NCBI GenBank assembly: GCA_020184695.1 | Contig: JAANOX010000231.1 | Span: 1-64,000 of the forward strand | Direction of reading: 5' to 3' | DNA from: Histomonas meleagridis 2922-C6/04-290x | Lineage: Eukaryota > Protista > Parabasalia | Length of the DNA stretch: 64,000 nt | Shown: in pieces, positions 10,672 through 23,334 of the stretch | Layout of the letters: every line of letters begins with the position of its first letter | Position numbering within the stretch: position 1 is the first letter of the stretch | The notes under the pieces: generated by a model | Databases searched by the model: none | Seen by the model: only the letters and a program-made list of their open reading frames with translations | Told to the model about the DNA's origin: nothing | Program-made: the position numbers and the translations under genes

Positions 10672-11952
10672 TAGAATGGTCCAAAAGTTCGTGCAACATG
10701 CCTTTTTCTGAATAAATAATGATTAGAATTTTTTTTATTTAGATATTCTTATAGTGCTCCCCTCCGTTGTTAATTACTTGTTCAAGACGGAGACACCATT
10801 CGCGGTATATTCGTTGTGAAATTGACTTCTTTATCGTGCTCAAAATTTCGACGAGTTTTTGAATCAAGGCCTCCTCCCCATTGAACTGGTAGCCTTTTAA
10901 CTTTACTTATAAAAACCCAAATAGCCAGAAGTCACAAGGGGCAATATCTGAGGAGTAGGGTGGGTGTGGCATGCGTGCAAGTCCATATTTTTCGATACCA
11001 TTTGATACACTATCGGAGTTATGACATGGTGCATTGTCCATATGAATCATGCAGCCTTTTGTACCAGTTACAGGTCTCCTTTCTCTTACCTTCTTATGAA
11101 TGTTTTTAGGAACAACCTCATTCATAAATGTGGAATTAAATTTTTTTCCTTTAGGTAAAGTCTGTATCAAAATGAACCCCTCCGTAGAAAAAAAATACTG
11201 ACCATCGTTTTTTGACTATTAATTAATTGTTTCGGATTTTCTGGACGCTGTGAATAGAGAGGAAGCCATTGAGAGGTATAATTAGATACTCAATAAAACC
11301 AAGATTCATCACCAGTAAATATGTTGCTCCATGAATATTTGTTGCCGAGTAAAATTGATAACATTTCTTTCCCCATCTCAACTCGACTAAGTTTGTTTGA
11401 ATTCGTTAGCTGATGAAGGATCTATTTACATTTAAATTTTTTGAATTATAATTGTTCATGTAAAACACGTAATATTGTTGTTTTTGGTTCGTCTAATATA
11501 TCTGCTATGTGCCTGGCTGAAGAAAATGGTTCATTGTTAAGAATATCGATAATTTTAATATCTAACTTCTCTTTTTTGGGTCTTCCCGTACGGGGTAAAT
11601 CTGCGATGATTTCTGATTTCTCTTCAAATCTCTCGAACCATTTCTTAATTGTTCTGGGTTGAGGAACCTTATGGCCATAAGCTATGATCATTTCATTATA
11701 TGTATCTTCAACCGATAATCCACGAAGAAAGCAATAATGAAATACCGTTCGAATTTCTGTTTTCATCCTAGGAAAAAAATGACGTATAAAATTTCAAACG
11801 TACATAACTCATTATACATTCACATAAGAAAAAATATTTATATAGATAAAATATTCTACACATTTAAGACTATTATATAATATAGAAGTTTTATTAAAAT
11901 ATCTTTTAGTTATCGAGGAAAAGTGGGATGTAAAGACTTTTGGACCACCCTA
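10672..11952 (-). mobile_element. mariner element 2 (1281 bp), defective DD34D transposase 10739-11766
   Basis: Imperfect TIR TAG(GG/AA)TGGTCCAAAAGT, TA flanks; TGDESW, HMDNA, PYSSDIAPCD with 34 residues between D2 and D3; several stops and a frameshift. Confidence 0.95.
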
Positions 11953-13002
11953 TATTATGCAGATTAGACATTGAATCTGACTACGATAGAATAAGAACCT
12001 GTAAAAAAAGATCCGATATGTATGGAATACGAGAAAGGCCAAAATTAACTTTTAGTGACAAGGTAATCTAAGACCACCTGCTTCTAAAGAAAAAATTGAA
12101 CCAAAATTGGGATGACACAAAGATATATTCAATATCTCTTTACACATACAGAGTTTTTAAATTTACTTGTGTGTGTAGAAATTCAATTACTTTTTTTAAT
12201 CAATGTTACTTTTGCATTGACAATTAAAAAAAAAACATTATTTTTCAAATGAACTCGCTTTATTGTTTGTGAATGTTAGAAGGGTTTGAAAAAATTATTG
12301 TTATACCATTAATGGAATTATTACATATTTATTTCGCCGAAACAGCATGATAAATCAACCACGGAAATAGAATCATTTGATAATGACATAGTAATAGGAG
12401 AAGAACGAATAGAAAAAGTTAACTTTTCGATCGAAATTGAAAATCTAATTCACGAAGATGAGGATAAATGGATTTAACATTATATTTCATGCCATATCAA
12501 AATGTTAAATGTTTTCGCGTATAGAAAAAACATTATCTTTACGAAATACCATTTTTATCCAAAAACAAAGGATTTTCCAAATGGACCAAGTACTCATTAT
12601 TTCCGGCGCATTCTGAAGTAAAGCTAAGTGCAGAAATGATTATTAGTGGAGTTTTTGAATTATTATTTTTCGAATAATCTTTTGAGCACAAAGCTCCTGC
12701 AACAACGCTTTCTGAAATTTGGTTCTCATCATTTGTTGTTACCGTTCGGTAAGTTCATTAACATCATATTTAAGAAGAGTAAAGTTTAAATATTTAAATT
12801 TAAGATTAATCTGTTAATTTATTGTTAACAAAGAATATAAAATTTTAACTAGTGATTTTTGCAAGGATGAAAGATATTTGCATGTGGTGTTTATTTTGCT
12901 TCTTGACTGGAATTCAACAAATGGTTCGTCCGAAAACGGTCTCTTATAATAGTTCAAACAGAGTAATGTGAAAATTCATTTCTTATATCCTAAAGTTGGT
13001 CA

Positions 13003-13782
13003 ATGTTCTCACTTAATTTACCATCAACATCATATGAAATTAAAAATGAAAATGACCCACCACTTCAACCAGCTGATGTACCAGATCCATGTGCTTTCAT
13101 CAAGAACCATCTTCACTTCAATTATGTTAATGATCCAGCTGGATCTACAAGAATGGCAGCTTATCACGGTACGACTTGCCTCTCTTTCATTTATGATGGT
13201 GGTATTGTTGTTGCTGTTGATTCTCGTGCAACAGGTGGATCCTTTATTTTCTCTGGAACTGTTATGAAGATTCTTGATATTGCACCAAACATGGTTGGTA
13301 CAATGGCAGGTGGTGCAGCTGATTGTCAATATTGGCTTCGTAACCTTAGCCGTATATATCGTTTGCACAAATTCCGCTATCAACAACCATTAACAGTTGC
13401 CGCTGCTTCAAAAATACTTGTTAATAACCTTTATCAATACAAAGGCTATGACTTATCAATTGGTTCAATGATATGTGGATATGACAATACAGGTCCTCAT
13501 ATATTTTATGTTGACAATGATGGATCTCGTATTGCAGGAAGCAGATTTTCTGTTGGTTCAGGTTCAACTTACGCGTTAGGTGTTTTAGATACAGACTGGA
13601 AATCAAATATGACAAAAGAAGAAGCTTGCGCACTTGGACGAAAAGCTATCTATCATGCAACATATAGGGACTCAGGAAGTGGTGGACGTGTTACAGTTGT
13701 TCATATTACTGCAGCTGGAAAAGAATACGTATCACAAACTGATGTATTAGATTTACATGACTTTGAACACATGCCTGAGTAA
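13003..13782 (+). CDS. PSMB5: 20S proteasome subunit beta-5 (chymotrypsin-like)
   Basis: Propeptide then HGTTCLSF (catalytic Thr1), DSRATGG, GGAADCQYW, GSGS, DSGSGG. Confidence 0.97.
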   Translation: MFSLNLPSTSYEIKNENDPPLQPADVPDPCAFIKNHLHFNYVNDPAGSTRMAAYHGTTCLSFIYDGGIVVAVDSRATGGSFIFSGTVMKILDIAPNMVGTMAGGAADCQYWLRNLSRIYRLHKFRYQQPLTVAAASKILVNNLYQYKGYDLSIGSMICGYDNTGPHIFYVDNDGSRIAGSRFSVGSGSTYALGVLDTDWKSNMTKEEACALGRKAIYHATYRDSGSGGRVTVVHITAAGKEYVSQTDVLDLHDFEHMPE

Positions 13783-13870
13783 ATACCGTTCTTTTTTAAT
13801 TTTTTGGTGTGAAATATGCTTTTGAATGATAAAATTTTGAAAATTAATTTTATTTAAATTGAAGAGAAAT

Positions 13871-14206
13871 TTAAAATATGGTGCAATTGCACTTTGATTC
13901 TCGTTCTGTGTTTCCGCCATTGTTTTCACTAGATGGTGAAGATGAACTTGGTCGAATCATTAATTGAAGTGTATATGGAGGTTGAATATCTGGATTCACA
14001 ATGGATGCTACTTTATCGTTATCTTTAATTATTCGTCCAGAGTAAATTAGACGAATTTGATCTTTTGATTTTGGCGCTATATTTTCTTTATCAAGAATTT
14101 CCATGAGGCTATCTTTCACAGCTGAAAAATCTTTGTTATTGTCAACATCAGGCATTTCAATTTTTGATTCACGGCCTGAAAGCATAAAGGCAAGACTTGT
14201 AGTCAT
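13871..14206 (-). CDS. Membrane-anchored ubiquitin-fold protein (MUB/UBL3-like)
   Basis: IRLIYSGRIIKD ubiquitin-like motif; C-terminal CNCTIF CaaX-type prenylation signal. Confidence 0.8.
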   Translation of the reverse strand: MTTSLAFMLSGRESKIEMPDVDNNKDFSAVKDSLMEILDKENIAPKSKDQIRLIYSGRIIKDNDKVASIVNPDIQPPYTLQLMIRPSSSSPSSENNGGNTERESKCNCTIF

Positions 14207-14988
14207 CAATTTGATGACGGTTTCTTTTCTTCGTTTTTGGTTTGTGAGTGTATTTGGTCACCGGAGTGAATTCAAAATAACCGCATTTAGTAGTCACTTT
14301 TTATACTCCAACATTCTGTTTCGAGCTCAAATTCTAATATTTCTTGATAATATATTGAGGAAAAAAAAATGCATTTTAATGAGATATTATATAATCATAT
14401 TAAGTTATAAATATATATTTTAATTTTTTGGATATCATTATTTTTGTTTTTGGAACAATTATACGGTTATTTGCAAGAAAAACCAGATTAAGAAAATCAC
14501 CAGGCTCAGAAAATTGGAACAGATTAAAAAAATAAAGTTGTAAAAAATCGTATGGGATCAATGAATCACATTTTATAAACTTATTTGGTCGCTTGTTTAT
14601 TTATAGCATTCTTGCATGTTCTCCCAAAACATACAAGTATTTTTATGGATAATGAGCATAGCAAATTTTAATAGGTACATTCCGAAAAAAATTAATTAAC
14701 ATACGATAAATTTTCAAAATTGTAAATTCTTTTTTTTAATTGGAATTATATTAAATTTTTAAATATAAAAGCCATATAGCTTCTTTATATAATTTTTTTT
14801 ATCTAATGTTTTAAAATTTACCCTATTTTAATTAAACATCTTGCAAGATGTTGGTAACTATTGTGCCAAGCCTTCTCGTTGCTGTTACATAATGTTTGTT
14901 TTGCCCTTAAATACATACCTCTTTCATCTATTTTGATGTTTTTTTTTTCTATTTCGTACGTTAAAATACCGTTTAATTTTAATATTAA

Positions 14989-17376
14989 ATGATTTCGCAA
15001 AGTAAAACTTTAACCGAATTTGATTGCAGCTCACGAAACATATCTAGTTTTTCTGGTGTTAATGTACCGAATTGTCAAGTCTTAAATTTAAACAATAATC
15101 AATTTGAATCTTTATTAAATTTTCCCAATCTTCCATCTTTGGTTTCCCTTAAGGCAAGCGACAATAGAATTGAATATATAGATCCGTATATTTTTGTTAA
15201 TTCTCCAAATATTACATTATTGGATTTATCGAGCAATTTAATTTCCAAAATTCCAAATATGCAATCATTATCAAATTTAGAGTTTTTAGATTTGTCTTAT
15301 AATCGAATTACCACCATTGAAAATATTGAACAAAATTCAAAACTCCAAAAATTAGATTTATCAAACAACAGAATTAATTCAATTTTCTTGAAGAGGCAAA
15401 TCAGGTCTCTTCTTTATCTCGATTTAAGTCACAATGTTTTTTCTGATTCTATATTTTTACATTTTTTTACCTCATTACAAGAATTACATCTTGATTATTG
15501 CTATCTAACATCATTTGCAGGACTTAGTCAGCTTAAGTCACTTCAAGTTTTAACACTATCACATAATAAGATTAATGATTCACAATTTTTAGATTTACCA
15601 AATCTTGAATATTTAGATATTTCCAACAATAACATGACAAACCTTATATCTATACAAAGGCTTCCATCACTTATAGAACTAAATGTTTCTTTTAATCCTA
15701 TTAATGATGAAGGTTTCAATGTAAATTGGCAAAATCTAAAAAAACTTCGTATTTTAAATGTAAGTTCAACTCAGCTCATTAAAGTTTCATTTATTTCATC
15801 ACTTCCGCAAAACATTGATACTTTTTATCTTCGTAATTGTCGTATTCAAGAACTTCAGTATGCGATTTCTATTGTTCGAACACTACAACGATTAAAATCA
15901 CTTGATTTAAGAGGTAATCCAATTACGAAGAATTTTTATCCTGATTTTATTATTGAAAAAGGGAAAAATAAAATGAAAAATATGGATATCGATTTATATA
16001 ATAAAAAATATCATGAAACAAAAAATGAAAGAAATGCTTATAGGCAAACATTAGTTTCAACAGCTTCTTCTTATTTAAAATTTCTTGATGGATTTGAAGT
16101 CAAAGAAAAAAGACAAATTGAACCAACAAGTGAAACAGATAAAATGATTGAACAACTAGAAAAACAAAATATCAAATTAAGAGCAGAGAAAAAAGAAATT
16201 GAAAACAATTTAATTCAAAATGTTTATGAATTATTTGAAAAACAAAATTTATTAAGAACTATGTTAGGTATGAAACTTGTAAAAATTCCAGAAATTAATC
16301 GAATTCCAATCGAAGGAGTTGAACAACTTCAAGAAAAACTTATTAAAAACATTTCTATTTTAGAAAAAAGATTAAATAAAATTCAACAACAAAATAACGT
16401 TAATAAAATAAATGAAGAATTTGAAATGCCAAAAGTTGAATCTAATAAAATAGATGTTAATTATGTTAATTATCAAAAAGAAAATATTTATAATCACTTA
16501 CTTGATGAAAATGAATATTTACGAACTTTCCTTTCAATGGGTCATTCAACATTTCCTTTAATTGGTGAATTTGATAATGAAATCATTGATAATTTAATTA
16601 ATGAATTAATTGAAGAAAATCAATCCTTACAAAGACTTATAACAGAAAAACAATTTATTGCAGAAAAAAGAGAAAATGAAGAAAATGAAGAAATTATTTC
16701 TATTGAGGATTTAAGTGAGAATTCTCGAGGATGTCGTTTTTGGATTTCGCAAACAAAAAAGAAACAAGAAAAACAAAAATTACCCATCCCTATTAAAACT
16801 TTTACTAAACCTGAATATAGTAAAAGCGAAAAACATATTCTTATGCTTTCAAGAGTGCCTTTATATCCTCCTGATTCAACTACAATATTACCGAAATCAG
16901 ATGAATTTTTGTTAGTCGAATCATATATTTGTAAATCATTGAAAAAACAAATCAAAATGAATAGTTTACAGAAAAGTAAATTTCACAAAAAAATAATTGA
17001 AAATGAAAAAACTATGAAAAATATGCATTTAACAGTTTTAATATCAGAGAATCCTGCACTATACCTACAAAATGGATTTGAAAATCAGGTTGTTATTGCT
17101 GATCACTTTAAATATGTTGAAAAAGAACTAAATGAAAAAGGAAAATCACAATTTTTGATTTGCGTGTTTGATGATGGAAAACAAGCAATTAATCACTGTG
17201 AACACACTGACCTTCCAAACAAACAAAATTTAAAGAAATTTGAGGAATCGTATGATTCACTTCGTTTTCAGTTAAAAGGAGTTGAATCAATAATAGTTTT
17301 TGATACAAGAAGAGTCATTCCTTTGTATTCTGTAAACATATGTGAAGCCGACTTCAAGAATTATGTTTCAAAATAA
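14989..17376 (+). CDS. LRR protein with coiled coil and degenerate PARP-like C-terminal domain (LRRC9-like architecture)
   Basis: ~12 LxxLxLxxNxI repeats, LRR cap LDLRGNP..YR..L..LDG, coiled coil, C-terminal LPKSDEF..V/FLICVFDDG/YDS/IVFDTRRVIPLY pattern. Confidence 0.8.
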   Translation: MISQSKTLTEFDCSSRNISSFSGVNVPNCQVLNLNNNQFESLLNFPNLPSLVSLKASDNRIEYIDPYIFVNSPNITLLDLSSNLISKIPNMQSLSNLEFLDLSYNRITTIENIEQNSKLQKLDLSNNRINSIFLKRQIRSLLYLDLSHNVFSDSIFLHFFTSLQELHLDYCYLTSFAGLSQLKSLQVLTLSHNKINDSQFLDLPNLEYLDISNNNMTNLISIQRLPSLIELNVSFNPINDEGFNVNWQNLKKLRILNVSSTQLIKVSFISSLPQNIDTFYLRNCRIQELQYAISIVRTLQRLKSLDLRGNPITKNFYPDFIIEKGKNKMKNMDIDLYNKKYHETKNERNAYRQTLVSTASSYLKFLDGFEVKEKRQIEPTSETDKMIEQLEKQNIKLRAEKKEIENNLIQNVYELFEKQNLLRTMLGMKLVKIPEINRIPIEGVEQLQEKLIKNISILEKRLNKIQQQNNVNKINEEFEMPKVESNKIDVNYVNYQKENIYNHLLDENEYLRTFLSMGHSTFPLIGEFDNEIIDNLINELIEENQSLQRLITEKQFIAEKRENEENEEIISIEDLSENSRGCRFWISQTKKKQEKQKLPIPIKTFTKPEYSKSEKHILMLSRVPLYPPDSTTILPKSDEFLLVESYICKSLKKQIKMNSLQKSKFHKKIIENEKTMKNMHLTVLISENPALYLQNGFENQVVIADHFKYVEKELNEKGKSQFLICVFDDGKQAINHCEHTDLPNKQNLKKFEESYDSLRFQLKGVESIIVFDTRRVIPLYSVNICEADFKNYVSK

Positions 17377-17719
17377 AAACATGTAATAATATGAACTACG
17401 AGCTATATTTTAGTGTCCTTGTAATGATATTTTTTTATGATGATCTCATGAAATTGTGATTTATTATTAATATTCGAAAATACATTATAATTACAAATGT
17501 GTTCAATTTATGATTTACAAACTCCTTCTGAAAAAACAAATTTCAGTTCTGCAATAGTAGCGAGAGTTGATTTTTAAAACATTAAAAAAAATGCGTATGT
17601 TGCAACAATACATATGGCTTATATGCGATACATGTTTTTCAATGTTATGGTACATGTCCAATAAGTACAATAATTATTCTAAAAATGATATGTATTTTCT
17701 ATTAATGGATTAAGAAACA

Positions 17720-19191
17720 TTACTATACTAAGATCAGTTATATCGATTATGCTTTTGAATATTGCAATTCACTTAAATGCATTGCTGCGTTCTTCGAGGG
17801 GGGTGTATGCAACTTTCGCACATAAAATTTTCTGATTCTGTTTCATTAATTGGAAACAAAGCATTTTATGCAACTAATATAGAAACATTAGTAATTGGGA
17901 AAAACGTGAAAACAATTGATAGCGAAGCATTTTGTCAAGGGATTTCATTAAAGAACGTAACAATCTCTGATTCTGTTACATCGATAGGAACACTTGTATT
18001 TGGCTTTTGTTACAAATTAGAAACAGTTAAAATCAGCGAAAGTTTGAATATAATTAATGTACAAACATTTCAGTATGATAGTTCTTTACTCAATATCACA
18101 ATTCCAAATTCAGTTTTAGTGATTGCTGATTATGCATTTTTTGATTGTCATAAATCAACATCTGTTACATTTGGAACCAAAGTTTCATTCATTTATCAAT
18201 ATATGCATTTAGTAATTGTACTTCATTAACGAATGTAATATTACCAAATTATTTGATTTCTCTTGGTGAAGGAGCATTTTTTGATTGTATTGGCTTAGAA
18301 TCAATAACATTTAATAATAACTTAAGAGCAATTGGTACTCATGTATTTGTTAATTGTATTTCATTAAGAAACGTTATAATTCCAAACCTAATTACTAAAA
18401 TTAATGCATATACATTTTTTAATTGTTCTAATTTATCTACAATTGGAGAGAATGTTATTTCTATCTTAAATCTAGCGTTTTATTCATGTAATTTGGAAAC
18501 TGTTTATTGTAAAAACGTTGTAAACCTTGGCGAAAGTGCATTTTATCATTGTAAACATTTAAGAGAAATTTCATTTCCAAATCTTCGTAACACTTCAAAA
18601 GCATGTTTTGCAGATTGTGTTCATTTAGAAAAAATTAATTTACCTATACTACAAATTATTAGAATCGCTTCTTTTTCATATTGTTCTAATTTAGAAACAA
18701 TTACTTTTAATTATGTACAAGTCATTGGTAGTTCAGCATTTTCATGTTGTTTATCATTAGTTTCTGTTAATTTCCCGAATCTTTTAGCTCTTGGTACACG
18801 AGTATTTGAACGATGTGTTTATTTAACAGATTGTTCATTCCCAAATCTTCAATATGCTTCAAGTTATATATTCGAAAAATGTGATTCTCTTCGAGTATTT
18901 AAAGCGCCTAATTTGTATTTATTTGATAGTTATATGTTTCAAGGTCAAAGTAATATTATTGAATTTGATTTACCAAGTTTAATAGTTGCGCCAGATTATT
19001 TATTTTCAAATCAAAAAATTCAAAAAATGAATTTACCAAATTGTATAAGACTTAATAATTCTTGTTTCGAAAATACAACTTTTTTTGGAAAACGAACTCT
19101 TCATTTTATTTTAATGGTTGCATTACATCAATTTGATGATATTATTTACTGTTGTTGTCTTTTTCTTCTTCGATATCTAAAAATATTATGA
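17720..19191 (+). pseudogene. BspA-like (TpLRR/LRR_5) surface protein, frameshifted
   Basis: xIGxxAFxxCxxLxxIxxP repeats split across ORFs 17777-18229 and 18253-19191; start uncertain. Confidence 0.85.
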
Positions 19192-19198
19192 ATGATTA

Positions 19199-20372
19199 TT
19201 AAAATAAAATTAAGAATAATAAAGAAATAATACTTGCACCAAAAGCAAGTGTAACAGTTTTTGAAGTAGATCTTAATGGAAATGAATTTGATGTAATATT
19301 TGAATTCGTGATTGAATTAGAATATATATTAGAATTTGTATATGTTACAGAAGATGTATTTGCTGTTGTAAACACATTCGATTGTGTAAATGAATTTGAT
19401 TGTGTAAATGTATTCGATTGTGTAAAAGAGTTTGATTGCGTAAATGTATGTGTTGGCCATGGATTACAATTTTCGATTGTTGTTCCTTTTGATACATTAA
19501 ATTTCCCAAATTTTGTTGAATTATATGAATCCAATGTCATTACACATTTGACAGGACAATTAATAAATGCATCATGCAATAACTTTAGGTTCTGAGTGGC
19601 CATAATAATAAACACAATTTAGAGATATACATTTGCAAAATGCTTGATGACCAATTTTCGTTAATTTATTTCCAAAAATTACATTTGATAATTTAGTGCA
19701 AGAATTGAAAGAAAAATCTTCAATTATAGAAAGTGAATTTGGTAATTTAATTCTTTCAAGCGAAAAACAATAAGCAAATGAAAGGTGTCGAATTTCGGTC
19801 AATTTTTCATTAAAAACAACCTCTGATAAATCTTTGCAAGTATGAAATGCTTGATTTTCAATTATAGTTAAATTTTTTCCCAAAATAATGCGTGAAAGTT
19901 TATAACAAAAAGAAAATGCAAACATGCCAATAGTAGTTACAGAATTTGATAAATTAATACTTTTTAGTGATGAACATTGATGAAATGAGTTCGAACTGAT
20001 TTCAATTAAATTTTCATTAAAAATAACTATGGATAATTTAGTACATCGATAAAATCCACCATCTGAAATTGTGGTAACATTTTCACCAAAAGTAACATTT
20101 GATAAATTTTTGCAACTATCAAATGCTAGCCTGTCAATTAAAGTTACTGAGTTACCAATTTTAACAGATGCTAGATTACTCCAATCTTTAAATGCAGAAT
20201 TTGGTATTTTCGTAATTTCACCCTCTATAATTAAAAATAATGTTTCTTTTTCATATTTTTTTACATTTGCAAAATCTCCTTGTGTTTTTAATGTAAGTGT
20301 TTTTGTTTTATTATCAAATATTTCAAATGCTTGAATTGTAAAAATATAAAACATAAAAGAAATCATTCTCAT
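19199..20372 (-). pseudogene. BspA-like protein with TQSNxF repeats and C-terminal TM, one frameshift near 19580
   Basis: Signal peptide MRMISFMFYIFTIQA, TpLRR repeats, CVYYYG in ORF 19572-20372; the stalk and TM continue in overlapping frame 19199-19615. Confidence 0.85.
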
Positions 20373-20847
20373 TAGTATGAAAATAAAATAATAATGGTCA
20401 TTACTTGTATATGAAAAAAACGAGACACAAAACTAAATTAAATATTACAAGACATTGTCTAAATATTAGTTTTTGAAGACCTTTTTGCACATATGCAAAC
20501 AAAAGCCACTTTTACACAACCCAATCGAAAAAAAGTTATTATCATTTTATATATAATGTGTCCTATTCTCTAAACGGTCGTTTGAAATTAGATCAAACAA
20601 ATTTATCTCTTATTCTTATGCTCATAATTCGATATAAGTATTTGACAGAGATTAAGAATAATAGCAAAGGATATTTTTAAATCTTTATATAACAAAAAAA
20701 CTCTTATATAGAGATTTGACACTTAAAATTAAAAAAAATATATCTTCCTATAAAATTGGTTTATAAACAAATTTTTTGTGTTTTATATATTATTTATTTC
20801 CAATATATATTATTTAAATCAAATGTTTAGCAAAATTAGCAATGTAA

Positions 20848-21102
20848 TGGATTTGTAAAAAAGAATTTGTAAAAATAGACCAAAAAAAGAATAATGTTAA
20901 TATAAATCGTTTGTTAGTAGATACTATTAATGGTTATTCTATTGATGATTATGCTTTGAAAAATCATACTCATAATATTATTAATAATGATTTAACTATT
21001 AATGGTAGTCTTGTAACAAATAGTATTAACGGATATTATATAGGACGCGGCAAAACAATAAAAATGTATAATTTTCTCATATATCTCTCGCTACATATAT
21101 AA
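20848..21102 (+). pseudogene. Fragment resembling viral fibre/tail-fibre repeat protein
   Basis: INGYSIDDYALKNHTH..DLTINGSLVTNSINGY: HxH motif and repeated INGY beta-strand units; no ATG start. Confidence 0.4.
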
Positions 21103-21249
21103 TTAGTGGCCAGTCTCCATGCGCTTTCAAAGCAAATCGAAAATATGTTTTATTGACAAATTTAGAATAATTTTTTTTTTCAAAATTATATTATCAGATA
21201 TCAGATATATAAAAACTTGAAAAAGCCAAATTCATTAATAAAAAGACCC

Positions 21250-22985
21250 TCTTTCACAGCATATTGTTTTCAACACATTCATGGATGAAAATAAAATCAA
21301 AAATGTTTATTGAAGTCAAATATGGTAAATTGACCAAGATTTACTTATTGTATCAGGGCTATTGTGTTCTCAAGCATTGCATTGAGAAGAATTTTCATAT
21401 GTTTCGTAATTGTTTTGTTTCATCCATCCTGATGAGTTATGGGATGACATGTGGTATGAAATGTCACCAATCTGTGTTCTTTGGACCAAGTTAGTCGTTG
21501 CTTTAGCTATACAAAACAATGGAAGCTTAGTGCTTGCAAATATAGTAGAATATAATAAATACCCGGACTACAAATACATAAGCAATTTCAAATGTTTTTT
21601 TTTACTTGGAATAGTATTCCCCATTACTGCTGATTATTGTTTCTAATCTGTGAATCCATTCATCAAATACAGACATTAATTCGTCATGATCAATATTCTT
21701 CAAATAATTAGTGATATAGTCATACAAATCCTGTTCGTTTTCGAACATATAACCATTCATACTATTTTTTGATTTCCCAAATAAATAGAAGTCCCTTGGG
21801 AAAATATCAGGTGAGTATGGTGGATGTTCAAGTTGAGCCAGTTCGGAATTAGATATTAAGGATCTTGTTTTTAATGTAGTGTGAGGTTATGCATTGTCAA
21901 AGTGGACTGTATACTTTTTTGAATGTGGATTCCTTTTTTCAGGATATAATTTAATCCCAAGTGGTTGAAGTATATTATTAATGAAGTGATCATAATTAAA
22001 TTTATCATGTTTTAATAAAACATCGATAATATAAAAATACCAAGGATCCCAAAATATTGTAAACATATATTTTGGCTCCCCAATTAACCGTCTTGGTTAC
22101 TTTGGTACATTTTCTCGTTCTTGTGAATACATTATTTTGTGATAATACCGTAAATAAATCCAGAACTCATCACCAGTTATTACATGATGATATCCTTTTA
22201 TGTTAAAAATTCTAAGTTGTTGCAAAATTGATTTTGCATATTGTACCCGTTTCTTTTTCAGGGCAGACGTTAACATGTGTGGTACATATTGAAGATGATG
22301 ATTTTTGAAACCTAATGTTTGAGTTAAAACTTTTTTAATTGTGATCGGAGTATGACTGCATAGAAATGCTAATCTTTTAACTGTGGCAAAAGGTTCTTTA
22401 TTGAGCCAATATAGAATTTTGTCATCAATTCCTTCGAATATGGGTCTTCCAGGTATATCTAAATTGTTTAGATCTTCCCGACCGCTCTTTATTTCTGATA
22501 TCCAGAAATATACCTGCGTTCGTTTGTATGCATTCTCCCCATAAACATTTTCTTATTCATTAATAATTTGCTTTCCATTAAATCCTTTTTTCATCAAAAA
22601 AAATATAACATATCTTTGTTCAAGCATTTAAAAAAATGACACTTTTCAGTTTTTGATGATTTAAATTCTTCTTATTTCAATGAATCCTTGTAATTTTAAA
22701 TTTATATTTTATATTTAAAATTCCTCATAACTGAAATATATATTTATATATGTTTTATTCACATATTACATTTATATAGCTGGAGTCCGGGTGTTTAATA
22801 TACACTACTATATAACTGAGGCCATCACAGAGATCATAGTTTTTTCTGAATTAAGAACAATGATATTAACAGCATCTGATTAAATATCTGCCCATGTCTT
22901 TATGGTATATAGCAGTATATGCCATGGTGTTTCATCACCGTTTATGATTCGATCAGCTGGTTTAGTTTCGATCAGGTTTCTCATT
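21250..22985 (-). pseudogene. pogo-like (DDE_1) transposase remnant interrupted by mariner 3
   Basis: RIINGDETPW..KTMISVMASV before and ASTKLPLFCIAK..SSGWM after the mariner insertion join into a continuous pogo motif series. Confidence 0.7.
21543..22810 (-). mobile_element. mariner element 3 (1268 bp), defective transposase 21602-22627 not in ORF track
   Basis: Imperfect TIR TAGTAGxxTATAxTAAAxACCCGGACT, TA flanks; manual translation MLEQRYVIFFL..YVPHML..TGDEFW..HFDNA..HPPYSPDIFPRDF with three in-frame stops. Confidence 0.9.
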
Positions 22986-23334
22986 GTTTACACACACACA
23001 CACACACAGCTATTTGAGCTACGTGCTGCGCACTCGCTCAAACACGCTGTACATAAACTAAAGGATGAACGGAGTAAACGCGGTTGATTCTCATAAATCG
23101 GTTGGTTTTGATTGAAAGTAATAAAATATATTTAAATTCATGATGGCATTTATTTTTTGAATGTGTGAGGCATGAATACGGCTGAGTTGTTGTTAATCCT
23201 ATGTAGATTTTAGTGTTTTGATGTTAATCCTATGTAGATTTTAGTGTTTGGAGCTTAAAGTTGTTATTAACTGAGGTTTTGAATGTAAAAAATACCATTA
23301 AAATTTTGAGGGTTAACTTTAACTTTTTTTAATA

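Noticed and set aside
12000-12780. Decayed coding-like sequence on the minus strand, perhaps a transposase
   Set aside because: Too many stops; no motif I can assign with confidence.
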